Positions 20,606-30,804 of a DNA stretch of 64,000 nucleotides are shown one piece after another (position 1 is the first letter of the stretch; every line of letters starts with the position of its first letter). The stretch lies in assembly GCA_963797095.1 (NCBI GenBank), contig CAWCNY010000004.1:448001-512000 (forward strand). The letters are read 5' to 3'. The DNA is from an uncultured Chloroflexia bacterium. GTDB lineage: Bacteria > Chloroflexota > Chloroflexia > QHBQ01 > JADMIH01. Made by a program: the position numbers and the translations under genes. Below the pieces are notes generated by a model that had not been told where the DNA came from, made no database searches, and was given only the letters and a program-made list of their open reading frames with translations.

Positions 20606-21614
20606 ATGCCAAAAGTAGCCATCATCATTGTCAATTACAATACACGCGATCTGCTCGCCACCTGCCTTCAATCGGTGTATGCAAATCGCACCGAGCATTC
20701 ATACCATGTGATCGTAGTTGACAACGTATCCAACGATGGCAGCGCGGAGTTGGTGGCTGCCCGCTACCCCCAGGCAACCCTTATCAGGAGCAACCGCAAC
20801 GGTGGTTTCGGCTACGCGAACAACCTCGGCTTGCGGTGGCTCGCGGCACAAAGGGATTTCCCGCGTGAGGGCACCGGCGGCACATCCATCCAGGCAAGTG
20901 GCCCGCCCGATGGCGCGCAACCCCGGCGCGAAGTGCCTCTATCCGGCTACTCCCCATACACATACCCATGCGACCTCGTTCTTTTCCTCAACCCCGACAC
21001 CATACTGCCCAAAGATGCCATTCAAATCACGGTTGACTTCTTCGATGAGCACCCTGAGGCTGGCATAGTCGGCCCCAAAGTGGTCAAGCTCGACGGCAGC
21101 CTCGATCTGGCGTGCCGTCGCTCCTTCCCAACTCCCGTCTCCAGTCTGTTCAAGCTCACCGGCCTCAGCAGGGCCTTCCCCAGGAGCAAGATGGCCGCCC
21201 GCTACAACCTCACCTACCTCAGCGAAGATCACACCGCCGAAGTAGAACTCGGTCATGGGGGCATACATGCTGGCGCGGGCGCAGGCGCTTGCCGAGGCCG
21301 GTCTTTACGATGAGTCCTTCTTTATGTACGGCGAAGACCTCGATCTCGCCTTTCGTATCAAGGAGCGCGGCTGGCACGTCTTTTACTACCCTGCCGTCGA
21401 AGTGCTCCACCACAAAGGCGCTAGCAGCCGCAAACAGAGCGAGCGCTCGATCCGAGAATTCTATCGCGCCATGCGCATCTTTTACCAGAAGCACTACGCC
21501 CAACAGTACAATGGCCTGATTAATGCGGTGGTCAACCTGGGAATTACTATACGAGGCGCTCTAGCCCAACTCCAAAACACCCTGCGCCCCAACGAGCGAA
21601 AGCGCGTCACGTGA
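20606..21614 (+). CDS. GT2 glycosyltransferase (WbbL-like) with apparent +1 frameshift at 21245-21250
   Basis: IIIVNYN, VDN.S.DGS, LNPD in one frame; FFMYGEDLD in the next; removing one A restores EVDSVMGAYM. Confidence 0.85.
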
Positions 21615-21679
21615 TACGTGAAATGAAGGATGATCAGTGACGAGTGAATAAGCGGTACCCAGCACGCAGTACGCAATAG

Positions 21680-21724
21680 TCACGTATCACCTATCACCTA
21701 TCACCTATCACCTATCACCTATCT
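21680..21724. repeat. Heptamer array (TATCACC)x5
   Basis: Read directly. Confidence 0.9.
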
Positions 21725-21737
21725 CTACACATGGAGC

Positions 21738-23402
21738 ATGACAGTGGTTAAGCGTTCGGAATCAGCCGAACAAGTCGAACATGTACGTACGAACGATGCA
21801 CCTCCTCAGGATGGCCAACGTCCCGCCAACGGGTCCGCCAGGACCAGGGCGCGAGCGCAGAACGGGCAGCGCGCGACCCAGGCACCCGGCACCAACGGCA
21901 CCTCCACCCGGTCAACATCAGCGCAGACTACTGCCGTGGCACCGGAAGTGCCTCCCACGCCCCCCTTGCCGGAGCTTGGCCCTGCCCCCCACCCACCAAC
22001 CCGGTTCGGCCCGGTTGCGCTCGTGCTTGGCGAGATGCTCATTGATATAGTCGCCATCACAGCGGCGTTCGCGCTTGCTTACTGGCTCCGGTTCAGCACA
22101 GACATCACCCCCAAATTTACCGAGCCCGACAACGCAACCTACGCTACCATGCTCGGCGTGACCCTGGTGGTGATGGTTTTTACCTTCTATTTCAGCAGGC
22201 TATACAACCTCAAGCGGGGCGCATCCCGCGTTGACGAGTTCTACAAAACCGCCGCCGCCGTGTCGATGGGCACCGTGGTATCGCTGGCACTCAACTCGGT
22301 CATCCTGGGCGACGATTTCGTCTATTCGCGCCAGATTCTCCTTGTCGGTTGGCTCCTGGCAATCCTTTTCGTCACCGCAGGTCGCCTGGTTTACAGCGTA
22401 GCGGTGGGCGAGCTTCGCAAGCATGGCGTGGGACGCGCCCGCGTGCTCGTGATCGGCACAGGCCCCACAGCCTACACCGTGGCCGCCCGCCTTGAATGGC
22501 ATCCCACGCTCGGCTACAAAGTCGTCGGCATGATCGAGAACACCACGCAGGAAGTCCAGCCGGGGCGCAGCATTGGCAAAGTGCCTGTGGTTGGTAATCT
22601 CTCCGATCTTGTCCAAATCATCCGCCGCGAGCGTGTTGACGAGATGATTGTGGCTCTGCAAGGAGCATCCGACATCGACCTCCGCAACATCCTCAGCCTG
22701 GTCAAAGACGAAACAGTCTCAATAAAGATCTATCCCGACGCCTTCCAACTCCTGACCCAGAACGAGGTGAGCGTGGGCGAGCTTAGCGGTCTCCCACTCC
22801 TCAGTGTGAGAGATGTGGCCCTGCGCGGCTGGAACCGCCGTGTCAAACGTGCATTCGACATTCTGTTCAGTTCGGCTGTCCTCATCATCACATCCCCCAT
22901 CCTTCTGCTCATCGCCATCGCCGTAAAACTGAGCAGCCCCGGCCCTGTATTCTTCATCCAACCGCGCGTAGGCCTCGACAATCAACCTTTCCGCCTGGTC
23001 AAGTTTCGCTCGATGCGCATGGATGCCGACCCCTCAGGATGGACCACAGTCAACGACCCACGCAGGACAAAAATCGGCACCCTCATCCGGCGCTTCTCCC
23101 TGGATGAGTTGCCCCAGTTCTTCAACGTACTGATAGGCGAGATGAGCATCGTTGGCCCTCGTCCCGAACAACCTGAATATGTCAGAGAGTTCGCTGAGAA
23201 AATAGACGACTACCTGCGCCGCCACCGCGAGAAAGCAGGCATCACCGGCTGGGCGCAGGTCAACGGCTTCCGGGGCGATAGCTCAATCGAGTTGCGCACC
23301 GCCCTCGACCTCTATTACGTCGAGAATTGGTCGGTCCTGTTCGACCTGAAGATCATAGTCCGGACGATTATCACCATATTCCGGGGCAAGAACGCGTACT
23401 GA
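21738..23402 (+). CDS. Undecaprenyl-phosphate glucose phosphotransferase (WcaJ-like)
   Basis: 4 [35 protein letters not shown]. Confidence 0.92.
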   Translation: MTVVKRSESAEQVEHVRTNDAPPQDGQRPANGSARTRARAQNGQRATQAPGTNGTSTRSTSAQTTAVAPEVPPTPPLPELGPAPHPPTRFGPVALVLGEMLIDIVAITAAFALAYWLRFSTDITPKFTEPDNATYATMLGVTLVVMVFTFYFSRLYNLKRGASRVDEFYKTAAAVSMGTVVSLALNSVILGDDFVYSRQILLVGWLLAILFVTAGRLVYSVAVGELRKHGVGRARVLVIGTGPTAYTVAARLEWHPTLGYKVVGMIENTTQEVQPGRSIGKVPVVGNLSDLVQIIRRERVDEMIVALQGASDIDLRNILSLVKDETVSIKIYPDAFQLLTQNEVSVGELSGLPLLSVRDVALRGWNRRVKRAFDILFSSAVLIITSPILLLIAIAVKLSSPGPVFFIQPRVGLDNQPFRLVKFRSMRMDADPSGWTTVNDPRRTKIGTLIRRFSLDELPQFFNVLIGEMSIVGPRPEQPEYVREFAEKIDDYLRRHREKAGITGWAQVNGFRGDSSIELRTALDLYYVENWSVLFDLKIIVRTIITIFRGKNAY

Positions 23403-23959
23403 TGGCGAAAGACCAAAGACAAAAGACCAAAGACCGCAAGCAATCCAGGTCCAGCGGGCCTTCGTCCTCAATCCTCCGTCCTTCGTCGCCCGATGGCCTG
23501 ACCCATCTCGACGAGCACGGCAACGCCCGCATGGTGGATGTCGGCTCCAAGCCCGACACCGAGCGCATCGCCGTCGCCAGGGGCGATATCGCCCTCAGCC
23601 CCGATACCATTGCCCTGGTAAGAGAAGGGAAGGCCGCCAAAGGCGATGTGCTGGCCGTAGCCCGGGTGGCGGGTATTATGGCTGCCAAAAAGACCTCCGA
23701 CTTGATCCCCCTTTGCCACCCTCTCATGCTCTCGTCCGTAAAAGTAGATTTCACCTTCCGCGACGATGCAATCGAAGTAACCGCCACCGTCAAGACCACC
23801 GGGCCAACCGGCGTCGAGATGGAGGCCCTCACCGCCGTGTCGGTAGCCTCACTCACCATCTATGATATGCTAAAGGCGGTTGAGCGCGGGGCAACAATAG
23901 GCAATATCCGCCTGGAAAGAAAGGAAGGCGGCAAGAGCGGCCTTTGGGAGCGAGGATGA
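23402..23959 (+). CDS. moaC: Cyclic pyranopterin monophosphate synthase with heptamer-derived N-terminal tail
   Basis: [32 protein letters not shown]. Confidence 0.95.
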   Translation: MAKDQRQKTKDRKQSRSSGPSSSILRPSSPDGLTHLDEHGNARMVDVGSKPDTERIAVARGDIALSPDTIALVREGKAAKGDVLAVARVAGIMAAKKTSDLIPLCHPLMLSSVKVDFTFRDDAIEVTATVKTTGPTGVEMEALTAVSVASLTIYDMLKAVERGATIGNIRLERKEGGKSGLWERG

Positions 23960-24237
23960 GACACGAAACCAGAACACGCCTGAAACGAGACGAGATCTTC
24001 GAAGCCGCAAAACGCTTCTTCGGCGAGGGCGAAGGTGGCCTCGGCATGAAGAAGAGCGCCGAGCAGGGCAACCAGCTAGCCTTCTACGGCGACGGCCTCG
24101 TCTGGATCACCTCCTGGCCCGCCAGGCCGGGCGAAGAAACTCACGTAGACTTAGATGTCTCCGACCGCGAAAAAGAGGCCCGCGAGTTTATAGAGAAGGT
24201 CCTGAAAGCATCCCTCACAGTCCCACCAGAAAAGTAA
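23956..24237 (+). CDS. Hypothetical protein
   Basis: ATGA-coupled to moaC; typical codon usage. Confidence 0.7.
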   Translation: MRHETRTRLKRDEIFEAAKRFFGEGEGGLGMKKSAEQGNQLAFYGDGLVWITSWPARPGEETHVDLDVSDREKEAREFIEKVLKASLTVPPEK

Positions 24238-24359
24238 CCCCCACACTCGGTATCTTTTTCCTATCCCCTCCACGCGACTTCTCCCTTATTCTAACAACAT
24301 AGAGGTAGAGTTCGCCTGTGCCCGGCGTATCTATCCGGGTGCAGTAGGAGGGAGTGGTC

Positions 24360-25082
24360 ATGAAACTGAGTGCGCCTGTTTTGCGCCTCGCTTTCGCGCT
24401 GCTGGTGGTTCCTATGGTGCTGGCAGGCTGCGCCGGTGCAACTGCTTCGAAGTCGAATAGCGCGATCACCGACAAACCCCCTGCCGAGCCGAAACCGGTC
24501 GCCAGGGACTGGACGCTATATACCTTCGACAATGAAGGCTTCGCGATTTCCCTGCCACCCGGCTGGAAGGAGTTCAACCTCAGCAAAGAGAATCTCCAGG
24601 CGGTGGTAAACGACCTGGCAGCAGCCAATCCCGTCTTTGGCAGCGCCATGTCAGGCCAGATCAGTGAAATGATGTCGAAAGGCATAAAATTCTACGCCTT
24701 CGACCTCTGGTCCGCTTCTCTGCAAATGGGCTTCGCCAACAATATCAACGTGTTGAAGACCGATAGGCCGTCCAACGGCGATCTCAACGAAGCCGTCAAG
24801 CAATCCATTTCCGAGTTGAAGCAGCAGCTAGGCAACAGCCTGGACGGGCCCATCCTACCCGCCCGCCTCACCACTATCGGAGGCCAGGATCTCGCACGCA
24901 TCAACTATGATGCGGTTCTCAACATGCCAAACGGCACCCCTGTCTCGATCTCCTTGGTGCAGTACATGGGCCTCACTGATAACAATCTCTATATCCTCAC
25001 CTGCACAACCACCACCTCCCAGATCGATGACTACGCCCACACCTTCGAAAACATAGCGCAAGGCTTGTACTTCTTGCATTAG
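24360..25082 (+). CDS. Putative lipoprotein (PsbP-like fold possible)
   Basis: Lipobox LAGC; GFAISLPPGW; YILTCT; strong SD. Confidence 0.75.
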   Translation: MKLSAPVLRLAFALLVVPMVLAGCAGATASKSNSAITDKPPAEPKPVARDWTLYTFDNEGFAISLPPGWKEFNLSKENLQAVVNDLAAANPVFGSAMSGQISEMMSKGIKFYAFDLWSASLQMGFANNINVLKTDRPSNGDLNEAVKQSISELKQQLGNSLDGPILPARLTTIGGQDLARINYDAVLNMPNGTPVSISLVQYMGLTDNNLYILTCTTTTSQIDDYAHTFENIAQGLYFLH

Positions 25083-25231
25083 AGTAGCTTTATGTCCACT
25101 ATCTTCCCAAAATCGGAGACCGATGTGAAGAACGTTTGGCGGGGTGCTCTTTTCATCTGAGGGCGTGGGCGTAATCGTCGATCTGGTATCGTCCCGAATG
25201 TCAGGTTCGGGTTCACAAGCTCACAATCCGG

Positions 25232-25284
25232 TTCTAAAACAAACAAAATTGGCGGCTTTGCCGCCAATTTTGTTTGTTTTAGAA
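25232..25284. repeat. Perfect 25-bp inverted repeat with 3-nt loop
   Basis: TTCTAAAACAAACAAAATTGGCGGC-TTT-GCCGCCAATTTTGTTTGTTTTAGAA. Confidence 0.9.
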
Positions 25285-25341
25285 GGCCCCTCCCAAGTTT
25301 TAGGGGGGTTGGGGTGGGGTCCTGGGGCACCACGATCCGAT

Positions 25342-27609
25342 CTACCTGATGAACAGCGGTGCGAGCACCAGCGTGATAGTCGACAGCAGCTTGATCAGCA
25401 CGTGCAGCGACGGGCCGGCCGTGTCCTTGAACGGGTCGCCCACCGTATCGCCGACCACCGCCGCCTTGTGAGCGTCTGTGCCCTTGCCCAACACGGTGTC
25501 GCCTTCCTTCAGGCCGCCCGACTCGATGAACTTCTTGGCGTTGTCCCACGCGCCTCCGCTGTTGTTCAGTACGTTCGCCATCAACACACCGGTGATCGTG
25601 CCAACCATCAACAGGCCACCAATGGCCTCCCAGCCCAGGATCAGACCAACCAGCACGGGAGTGGCTATCGCCAGCACACCGGGCGCGATCATCTCTCGCA
25701 GTGCTGCCCGCGCCGAGATATCAACCGCACGCGCATAGTTTGGCCTGCTTGTGCCTGCCATGATGCCGGGATCTTTGCGGAACTGGTCGCGCACCTCCTC
25801 GATCATCTGGCCTGCCGCCCGGCCTACCGCACGGATCGCCAGCGATGAGAAGAGGAACACCAGCATTGCCCCGATGAACGCACCGATAAACACCTCAATC
25901 TGCGACAGATTGATTGGGACCTGCCCATTTACGAGGTCTGTGTTCGGCTTTACCTGACGTACCTTGTCAAGATAGGCCGAGAAGAGGAGGAAGGCCGCCA
26001 GAGCAGCCGAGCCTACTGCATAGCCCTTTGTGAGAGCCTTGGTAGTGTTGCCCACAGCGTCCAGGCCGTCGGTGATATTGCGCACATTCTCAGCCTGGTG
26101 CGACATCTCGGTGATCCCACCTGCATTGTCGGTAATTGGGCCGAAGGTGTCCATCGCCAGGATGTAGGCGCACGACATGAGCATACCCATTGTCGCCACG
26201 GCCGTCCCGAAGATGCCCGACGCGATGGCTGTATTCACCGTGAAAGCCCCCGACACGCCCGGAATCGTGATATCGAACGTATCGGTGCCGACCGGGTTGC
26301 CCAATGTCCCCAGCCAGTAGGAAGCGCCCAGCGCGATTGCAATCGAAATAGTTGGCAACGCGGTCGTCTCAAAGCCCACCGCGACGCCCGAGATGATCGT
26401 GGTAGCCGGTCCTGTCTTGGCCGCGTTCGCAATCTCTTGCACTGGCCGCCACGCGCCTGCCGTGTAGTACTGCGTGATAAACACAAACGTGATTGAAGTC
26501 GCTATACCGACCAGCCCCGACAACCCGAACCACAGGCCCGACGGACCGCCCTGCCGTGACGCCTCGGGCAGCATGATAAGGCTGACAACCATCATCAGTA
26601 CCGCCGCCACACCCGCCATAATGTAATATCCTGTGTTGAGTGCCGCCAGCGCCGCCTTGTCCGTTACGTCCTCGCCGCCCTTGCCGCTGACGCGTGCCGA
26701 CAGGATACCGACCAGCGAAGCGATCAGCCCGAAAGCACGCACCACCAGCGGGAACAGTATCCACGCCAGGTTGGTCTTGCCTGTGATCTCGTACAACAGC
26801 ACGCCCAGGATCATAGCTCCGATGTTCTCGGCGGCGGTCAACTCGAACAGGTCGGCACCGCGGCCCGCGCAGTCGCCCACGTTATCGCCCACAAGGTCCG
26901 CAATAACGGCGGGGTTGCGTGGGTCGTCCTCAGGAATACCCGCCTCAATCTTGCCCACGAGGTCCGCGCCCACGTCGGCGGCCTTCGTGTAGATACCGCC
27001 GCCCAACTGGGCGAACAGCGCCACGAACGATGCTCCAAACCCGAAACCTACGATCAGGAACGGGGCCTGCGAATTGCCGTCAGCGCCAGCGAGGGCCGAG
27101 TAGACGAAGTAGATAAGGAACACGCCCAACAGCGACAGTGACACCACCAGGAAGCCCGACACCGCGCCTCCTCTGAGCGCCACCGTCAGCGCCTCGCCAA
27201 GCGAGCGGCGGGCAGCCGAGGCCGTGCGCAGGTTCGAGCGCACTGCCACGTACATGCCTATGTAGCCCGACACACCCGATGCCGTTGCTCCAAGCAAAAA
27301 GGCCACACCGGTCAAAATGCCTAACGTGAGGTTATCAACTGTGGTACCCTGCGTGCTGGCCGGAATAAGCGCCAGCAAAACGCCTACCAGCACTGCACTT
27401 ACTCCTGCCAGTATGGCAATCGTCGTGTACTGACGCCTCAGAAAGGCGTTAGCTCCCTCAACGATGCGGCTTGCCACATCCTGCATCTCTTGCGTGCCTG
27501 TATCGCGTCCGAGCACGTCACGCATCAGGTATACGGCGAAGCCGACCCCGATCAGCCCGGCGATGGGCACGAACCACGTGAGAAGCGAAACAATCGTATT
27601 GTGATCCAT
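25342..27609 (-). CDS. hppA: Membrane-bound pyrophosphatase, K+-independent type
   Basis: GGGIYTKAADVGADLVGK, DNVGD, GNTTKA (Lys marks K+-independent), GDPFKDT. Confidence 0.95.
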   Translation of the reverse strand: MDHNTIVSLLTWFVPIAGLIGVGFAVYLMRDVLGRDTGTQEMQDVASRIVEGANAFLRRQYTTIAILAGVSAVLVGVLLALIPASTQGTTVDNLTLGILTGVAFLLGATASGVSGYIGMYVAVRSNLRTASAARRSLGEALTVALRGGAVSGFLVVSLSLLGVFLIYFVYSALAGADGNSQAPFLIVGFGFGASFVALFAQLGGGIYTKAADVGADLVGKIEAGIPEDDPRNPAVIADLVGDNVGDCAGRGADLFELTAAENIGAMILGVLLYEITGKTNLAWILFPLVVRAFGLIASLVGILSARVSGKGGEDVTDKAALAALNTGYYIMAGVAAVLMMVVSLIMLPEASRQGGPSGLWFGLSGLVGIATSITFVFITQYYTAGAWRPVQEIANAAKTGPATTIISGVAVGFETTALPTISIAIALGASYWLGTLGNPVGTDTFDITIPGVSGAFTVNTAIASGIFGTAVATMGMLMSCAYILAMDTFGPITDNAGGITEMSHQAENVRNITDGLDAVGNTTKALTKGYAVGSAALAAFLLFSAYLDKVRQVKPNTDLVNGQVPINLSQIEVFIGAFIGAMLVFLFSSLAIRAVGRAAGQMIEEVRDQFRKDPGIMAGTSRPNYARAVDISARAALREMIAPGVLAIATPVLVGLILGWEAIGGLLMVGTITGVLMANVLNNSGGAWDNAKKFIESGGLKEGDTVLGKGTDAHKAAVVGDTVGDPFKDTAGPSLHVLIKLLSTITLVLAPLFIR

Positions 27610-27776
27610 GAACTCTCCTTCTCCTCCAGTTTGACTTGGGGCGATGACTTAGATTGCACACTGCTACCGCTTATGCGTATCGCCCGTAACTGGGGGCGCA
27701 GCCCCGTCGCCACGCCCCAATATACCCTCTATTAGCAACGCCCTGCCACCATTAGTTACCGAGGCAGGGCGTGTGA

Positions 27777-27805
27777 ATTGTATCACATTCTGTAGACCAT
27801 TACAA
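27777..27805 (-). promoter_or_regulatory. Probable hppA promoter
   Basis: TTGTAA-17 bp-TACAAT with extended TG. Confidence 0.6.
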
Positions 27806-27816
27806 CATAATCCACG

Positions 27817-29073
27817 CTAGCGAGTAACAGGCCTCGCGGTCGCGGGCGCTTCGGCGGCTCTTCCACCGAGGAAGCGTCCCCATTCGTGGTTCTCCCAGAT
27901 CACCAGCAACATCGAAGCGTTGAAGATCGAGGAATATGTCCCGGAAATGATACCCAGTAGCAGCGCCAGCACAAAGTTATGGATGCTGGCCCCGCCGAAC
28001 AGGTAGAGCGCGAACAACGTCAGGATTACCGTGATCGACGTATTAATCGAACGCGCCAGTGTCTGCACCAGCGAATAGTTTACAACATCCTGGAACCGCT
28101 CGAACCGTCGCCTGGTCAGGTTCTCGCGCACCCGGTCGAACACCACGATAGTATCGTGCACCGAGAAACCGATTACTGTCATCATCGCGGTAATAAACAG
28201 CGCGTCGATTTCGACTCCGAATATGAGTCCAAGGATAGCAAATATCCCCAGCACCACCAGCACGTCATGTATTAGCGCGATGATGGCGCACACCCCGTAT
28301 CTGAAGGCGTTGCGCACCTTTCGGAACACGATGGTCAGGTAAATCAGGATCGCCACCGAAGCTAACAGCACTGCCAGGAAGGCGCGTCCAATCAGTTCTT
28401 GTCCCACCGTCGGTCCAACGGTAATATCGTCCACCACCGCCGCTTCCTCAATCTGCCAGCGCGTCACCTGTTCCGTGGTGGCCGGCACCGCCGTTGGCGT
28501 GCCGGTAGGCTCTTCAAGTGTAGCCGTGGATGTAGTGCTACCTGTACCCGTTATCGCCCCTGTATCTGTCAGCGTCCCCGTGCCCGTCGCCGCCTCTGTA
28601 GCTGTCGGTGCAACAGTAGGTTCAACCGTAACCGTACCTGTCACAACTGCCGAAGGCGTGCCTGTAATCGGGGTTGTAGGAGCGATCTCTATCGTCCGGC
28701 TGATCGGTCCCCCCGGAACCAGGTCTGCCTGTACAAGCGTCTCCGCGATATTCGACAGCGCGATATCGCGCTGAGCGTCCGGCAGGTCCGCCACGCGAGG
28801 TATATCCATCGTAATAGTATTCGTAATATTGGAGCCTTCGCCAACAGTGCCCTGCTTTACCACTGCGTCCTCATACCCGATCGTACCCAGGGCGTCCCTG
28901 AACTTGACTGCGTCGTAAGCCTCTGCCGTTAGAGGAATAACTGTCAGGCGCTTCCCGCCCGTAAAGTCGATGCCTGGCTTCAGGCCGCCCGCCAGCACTG
29001 CCACCACCCCAGGTGTGATCACGACGAGCGAGATAAGTACGAATAGTATCCGTTTGCCGACTAAATCGATCAT
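27817..29073 (-). CDS. secF: Protein translocase subunit SecF
   Basis: GIDFTGG, VGPTVG.EL, HD, GFSVHDTIVVFDRVRE, GTYSS. Confidence 0.95.
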   Translation of the reverse strand: MIDLVGKRILFVLISLVVITPGVVAVLAGGLKPGIDFTGGKRLTVIPLTAEAYDAVKFRDALGTIGYEDAVVKQGTVGEGSNITNTITMDIPRVADLPDAQRDIALSNIAETLVQADLVPGGPISRTIEIAPTTPITGTPSAVVTGTVTVEPTVAPTATEAATGTGTLTDTGAITGTGSTTSTATLEEPTGTPTAVPATTEQVTRWQIEEAAVVDDITVGPTVGQELIGRAFLAVLLASVAILIYLTIVFRKVRNAFRYGVCAIIALIHDVLVVLGIFAILGLIFGVEIDALFITAMMTVIGFSVHDTIVVFDRVRENLTRRRFERFQDVVNYSLVQTLARSINTSITVILTLFALYLFGGASIHNFVLALLLGIISGTYSSIFNASMLLVIWENHEWGRFLGGRAAEAPATARPVTR

Positions 29074-29144
29074 TGTCTCCCCTTAGGGGAATTGCAAATC
29101 ATGCATTACTCATTACCCGGTAACTCGCGATTTGCAATTCGTAA

Positions 29145-30647
29145 TTATGCCTCAGTAGTGCTCTCGGTGGGCTTGGCCGTCTCCAGGTCGAACGCCCATT
29201 TGTTGTTCGCGAACCCGGTATTCACAGTGGCGCGCAAGAACGTCCGCGTCACCGTAATAGCGGTAAACATCGACACCGCCACACCTATCGCCAGGGTAAG
29301 CGCGAACCCTTTGATGATGCTGGCTCCCCCGAAAGTCGAGCCGAACCAGAACAGGATCGCACATGTAATAAGCGTGGATACGTTTGAGTCTCTGATGGAC
29401 GGCCAGGCATGATCGAAGCCCGCCTCCACCGCAGCGCCCAGTGTTTTGCCTGAGCGTAACTCTTCTTTCAATCGAGAGAATATCAGCACATTGGCGTCAA
29501 CCGCCATACCGATAGACAAAATGAAGCCTGCGATACCCGCCAGCGTGAGGGTAACTGGCACTATCTTGAAGATAGAATAAGTAACCCCCGCGTAAATAAG
29601 CAGAGCCATGCTCGCGAGCACGCCAGGCAGCCGGTAGTAAACGATCATGAACAGGATTACCAGGCCCAGGCCGATTACGCCTGCCAGGATGCTCCTGTTG
29701 ATGGCATCCTCCCCCAGGGTAGCCGAGATCTTACGCTCCGATTGCAGCGTCAGGCTCACAGGCAGCGCGCCGTACTTGAGCTGGATCGCCAGCTTCTGCG
29801 CGTCCGCCAGCGAGATATTATTGATCACGCCCGAACCGCCGGTAATCGCGCCCTGGATCACCGGCGAGGTGATAACCTTCTTGTCCAGCACGATCGGCAT
29901 ATACTGCCCGATGTGTGAGGAAGTGAAATCGCTGAAGATCTCGGGACCGTTGCCCTGCAGCGTGAATTGCACCTCCGGCAGACCGGCCGAGTCGAAGATC
30001 ACGCTTACGCCCCGGCCATTGATCTGGTTGCCCTGAATAATGGTCGTATAAGTGGTCGTGCAAGGGAATTCGTTGATGCTCGTAGGCGAGGGCGTGGCCG
30101 CCTCAGACGTAGGCGCAGCCGTACCGGTCGTCACTTCGGTAGCAGTTATGGTGGGCGCAGCCTCCACCGTGGGCGTGGGCACAGGGGTTGGAGTTTGACC
30201 GGCGTTCACATCCTCCGGGCGCGGCTTGCCAAGCGTGGTACACACATAAGTGCCATCGGCTGGTGGGTTAGAATCCCCATCCAATATTTCGAGGAATGCT
30301 GTCTCCTGGATGACCTGGCGAGCCTCGTCCAGGTTCTTGATGCCCGGCAATTCGACCAGAATACGGTTGCCCTCGGCCGTCTGCACCACAGGCTCGGAGG
30401 CCCCTGTGCTGTTGGCTCGGTCCTCGATGATGTTGCGGGCCGCTTCTAGGTCTGAGGCTGTAATCGGTTGGTCGCCGGTCGGCTCAGCCTGTAATACCAG
30501 TTGCAGGCCCCCCTGCAAGTCGAGGCCAAGCCTGGGAGTGATATCTTTGTTGATTATGGGGATAAAGTTCACATACGAAAGATACCCCGCCAGTATAGCC
30601 AGGACGACGATACCAATCAGCCAGGCAAACAGGTTAGTCTGTCGCAA
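29145..30647 (-). CDS. secD: Protein translocase subunit SecD
   Basis: LGLDLQGG, GALPV, GMAVDANVLI, DSNVSTLI. Confidence 0.95.
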   Translation of the reverse strand: MRQTNLFAWLIGIVVLAILAGYLSYVNFIPIINKDITPRLGLDLQGGLQLVLQAEPTGDQPITASDLEAARNIIEDRANSTGASEPVVQTAEGNRILVELPGIKNLDEARQVIQETAFLEILDGDSNPPADGTYVCTTLGKPRPEDVNAGQTPTPVPTPTVEAAPTITATEVTTGTAAPTSEAATPSPTSINEFPCTTTYTTIIQGNQINGRGVSVIFDSAGLPEVQFTLQGNGPEIFSDFTSSHIGQYMPIVLDKKVITSPVIQGAITGGSGVINNISLADAQKLAIQLKYGALPVSLTLQSERKISATLGEDAINRSILAGVIGLGLVILFMIVYYRLPGVLASMALLIYAGVTYSIFKIVPVTLTLAGIAGFILSIGMAVDANVLIFSRLKEELRSGKTLGAAVEAGFDHAWPSIRDSNVSTLITCAILFWFGSTFGGASIIKGFALTLAIGVAVSMFTAITVTRTFLRATVNTGFANNKWAFDLETAKPTESTTEA

Positions 30648-30751
30648 TTATCTGCTCCTCTAGAGTCATCGGGACGTACATATTGCGGTGAAATTAATGC
30701 AAACAGGCAACGCGCGACTTTTCGCCTGCCCACATTCGCAGTCAAAAACTA

Positions 30752-30780
30752 ATTATATAGGAGGCCGAAAAATGTGTCAA
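30752..30780 (-). promoter_or_regulatory. secDF promoter
   Basis: Perfect TTGACA-17 bp-TATAAT. Confidence 0.85.
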
Positions 30781-30804
30781 CTTTGACGACGTGTGCTCAC
30801 AGCC

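Noticed and set aside
20606-21614. True pseudogene or programmed frameshift in the GT2 gene
   Set aside because: No slippery run and no other decay; the extra base matches the GAACTC error signature.
25019-25186. Diversity-generating retroelement VR/TR pair
   Set aside because: Only 28 bp, mismatches are not adenine-specific on either strand, and there is no reverse transcriptase.
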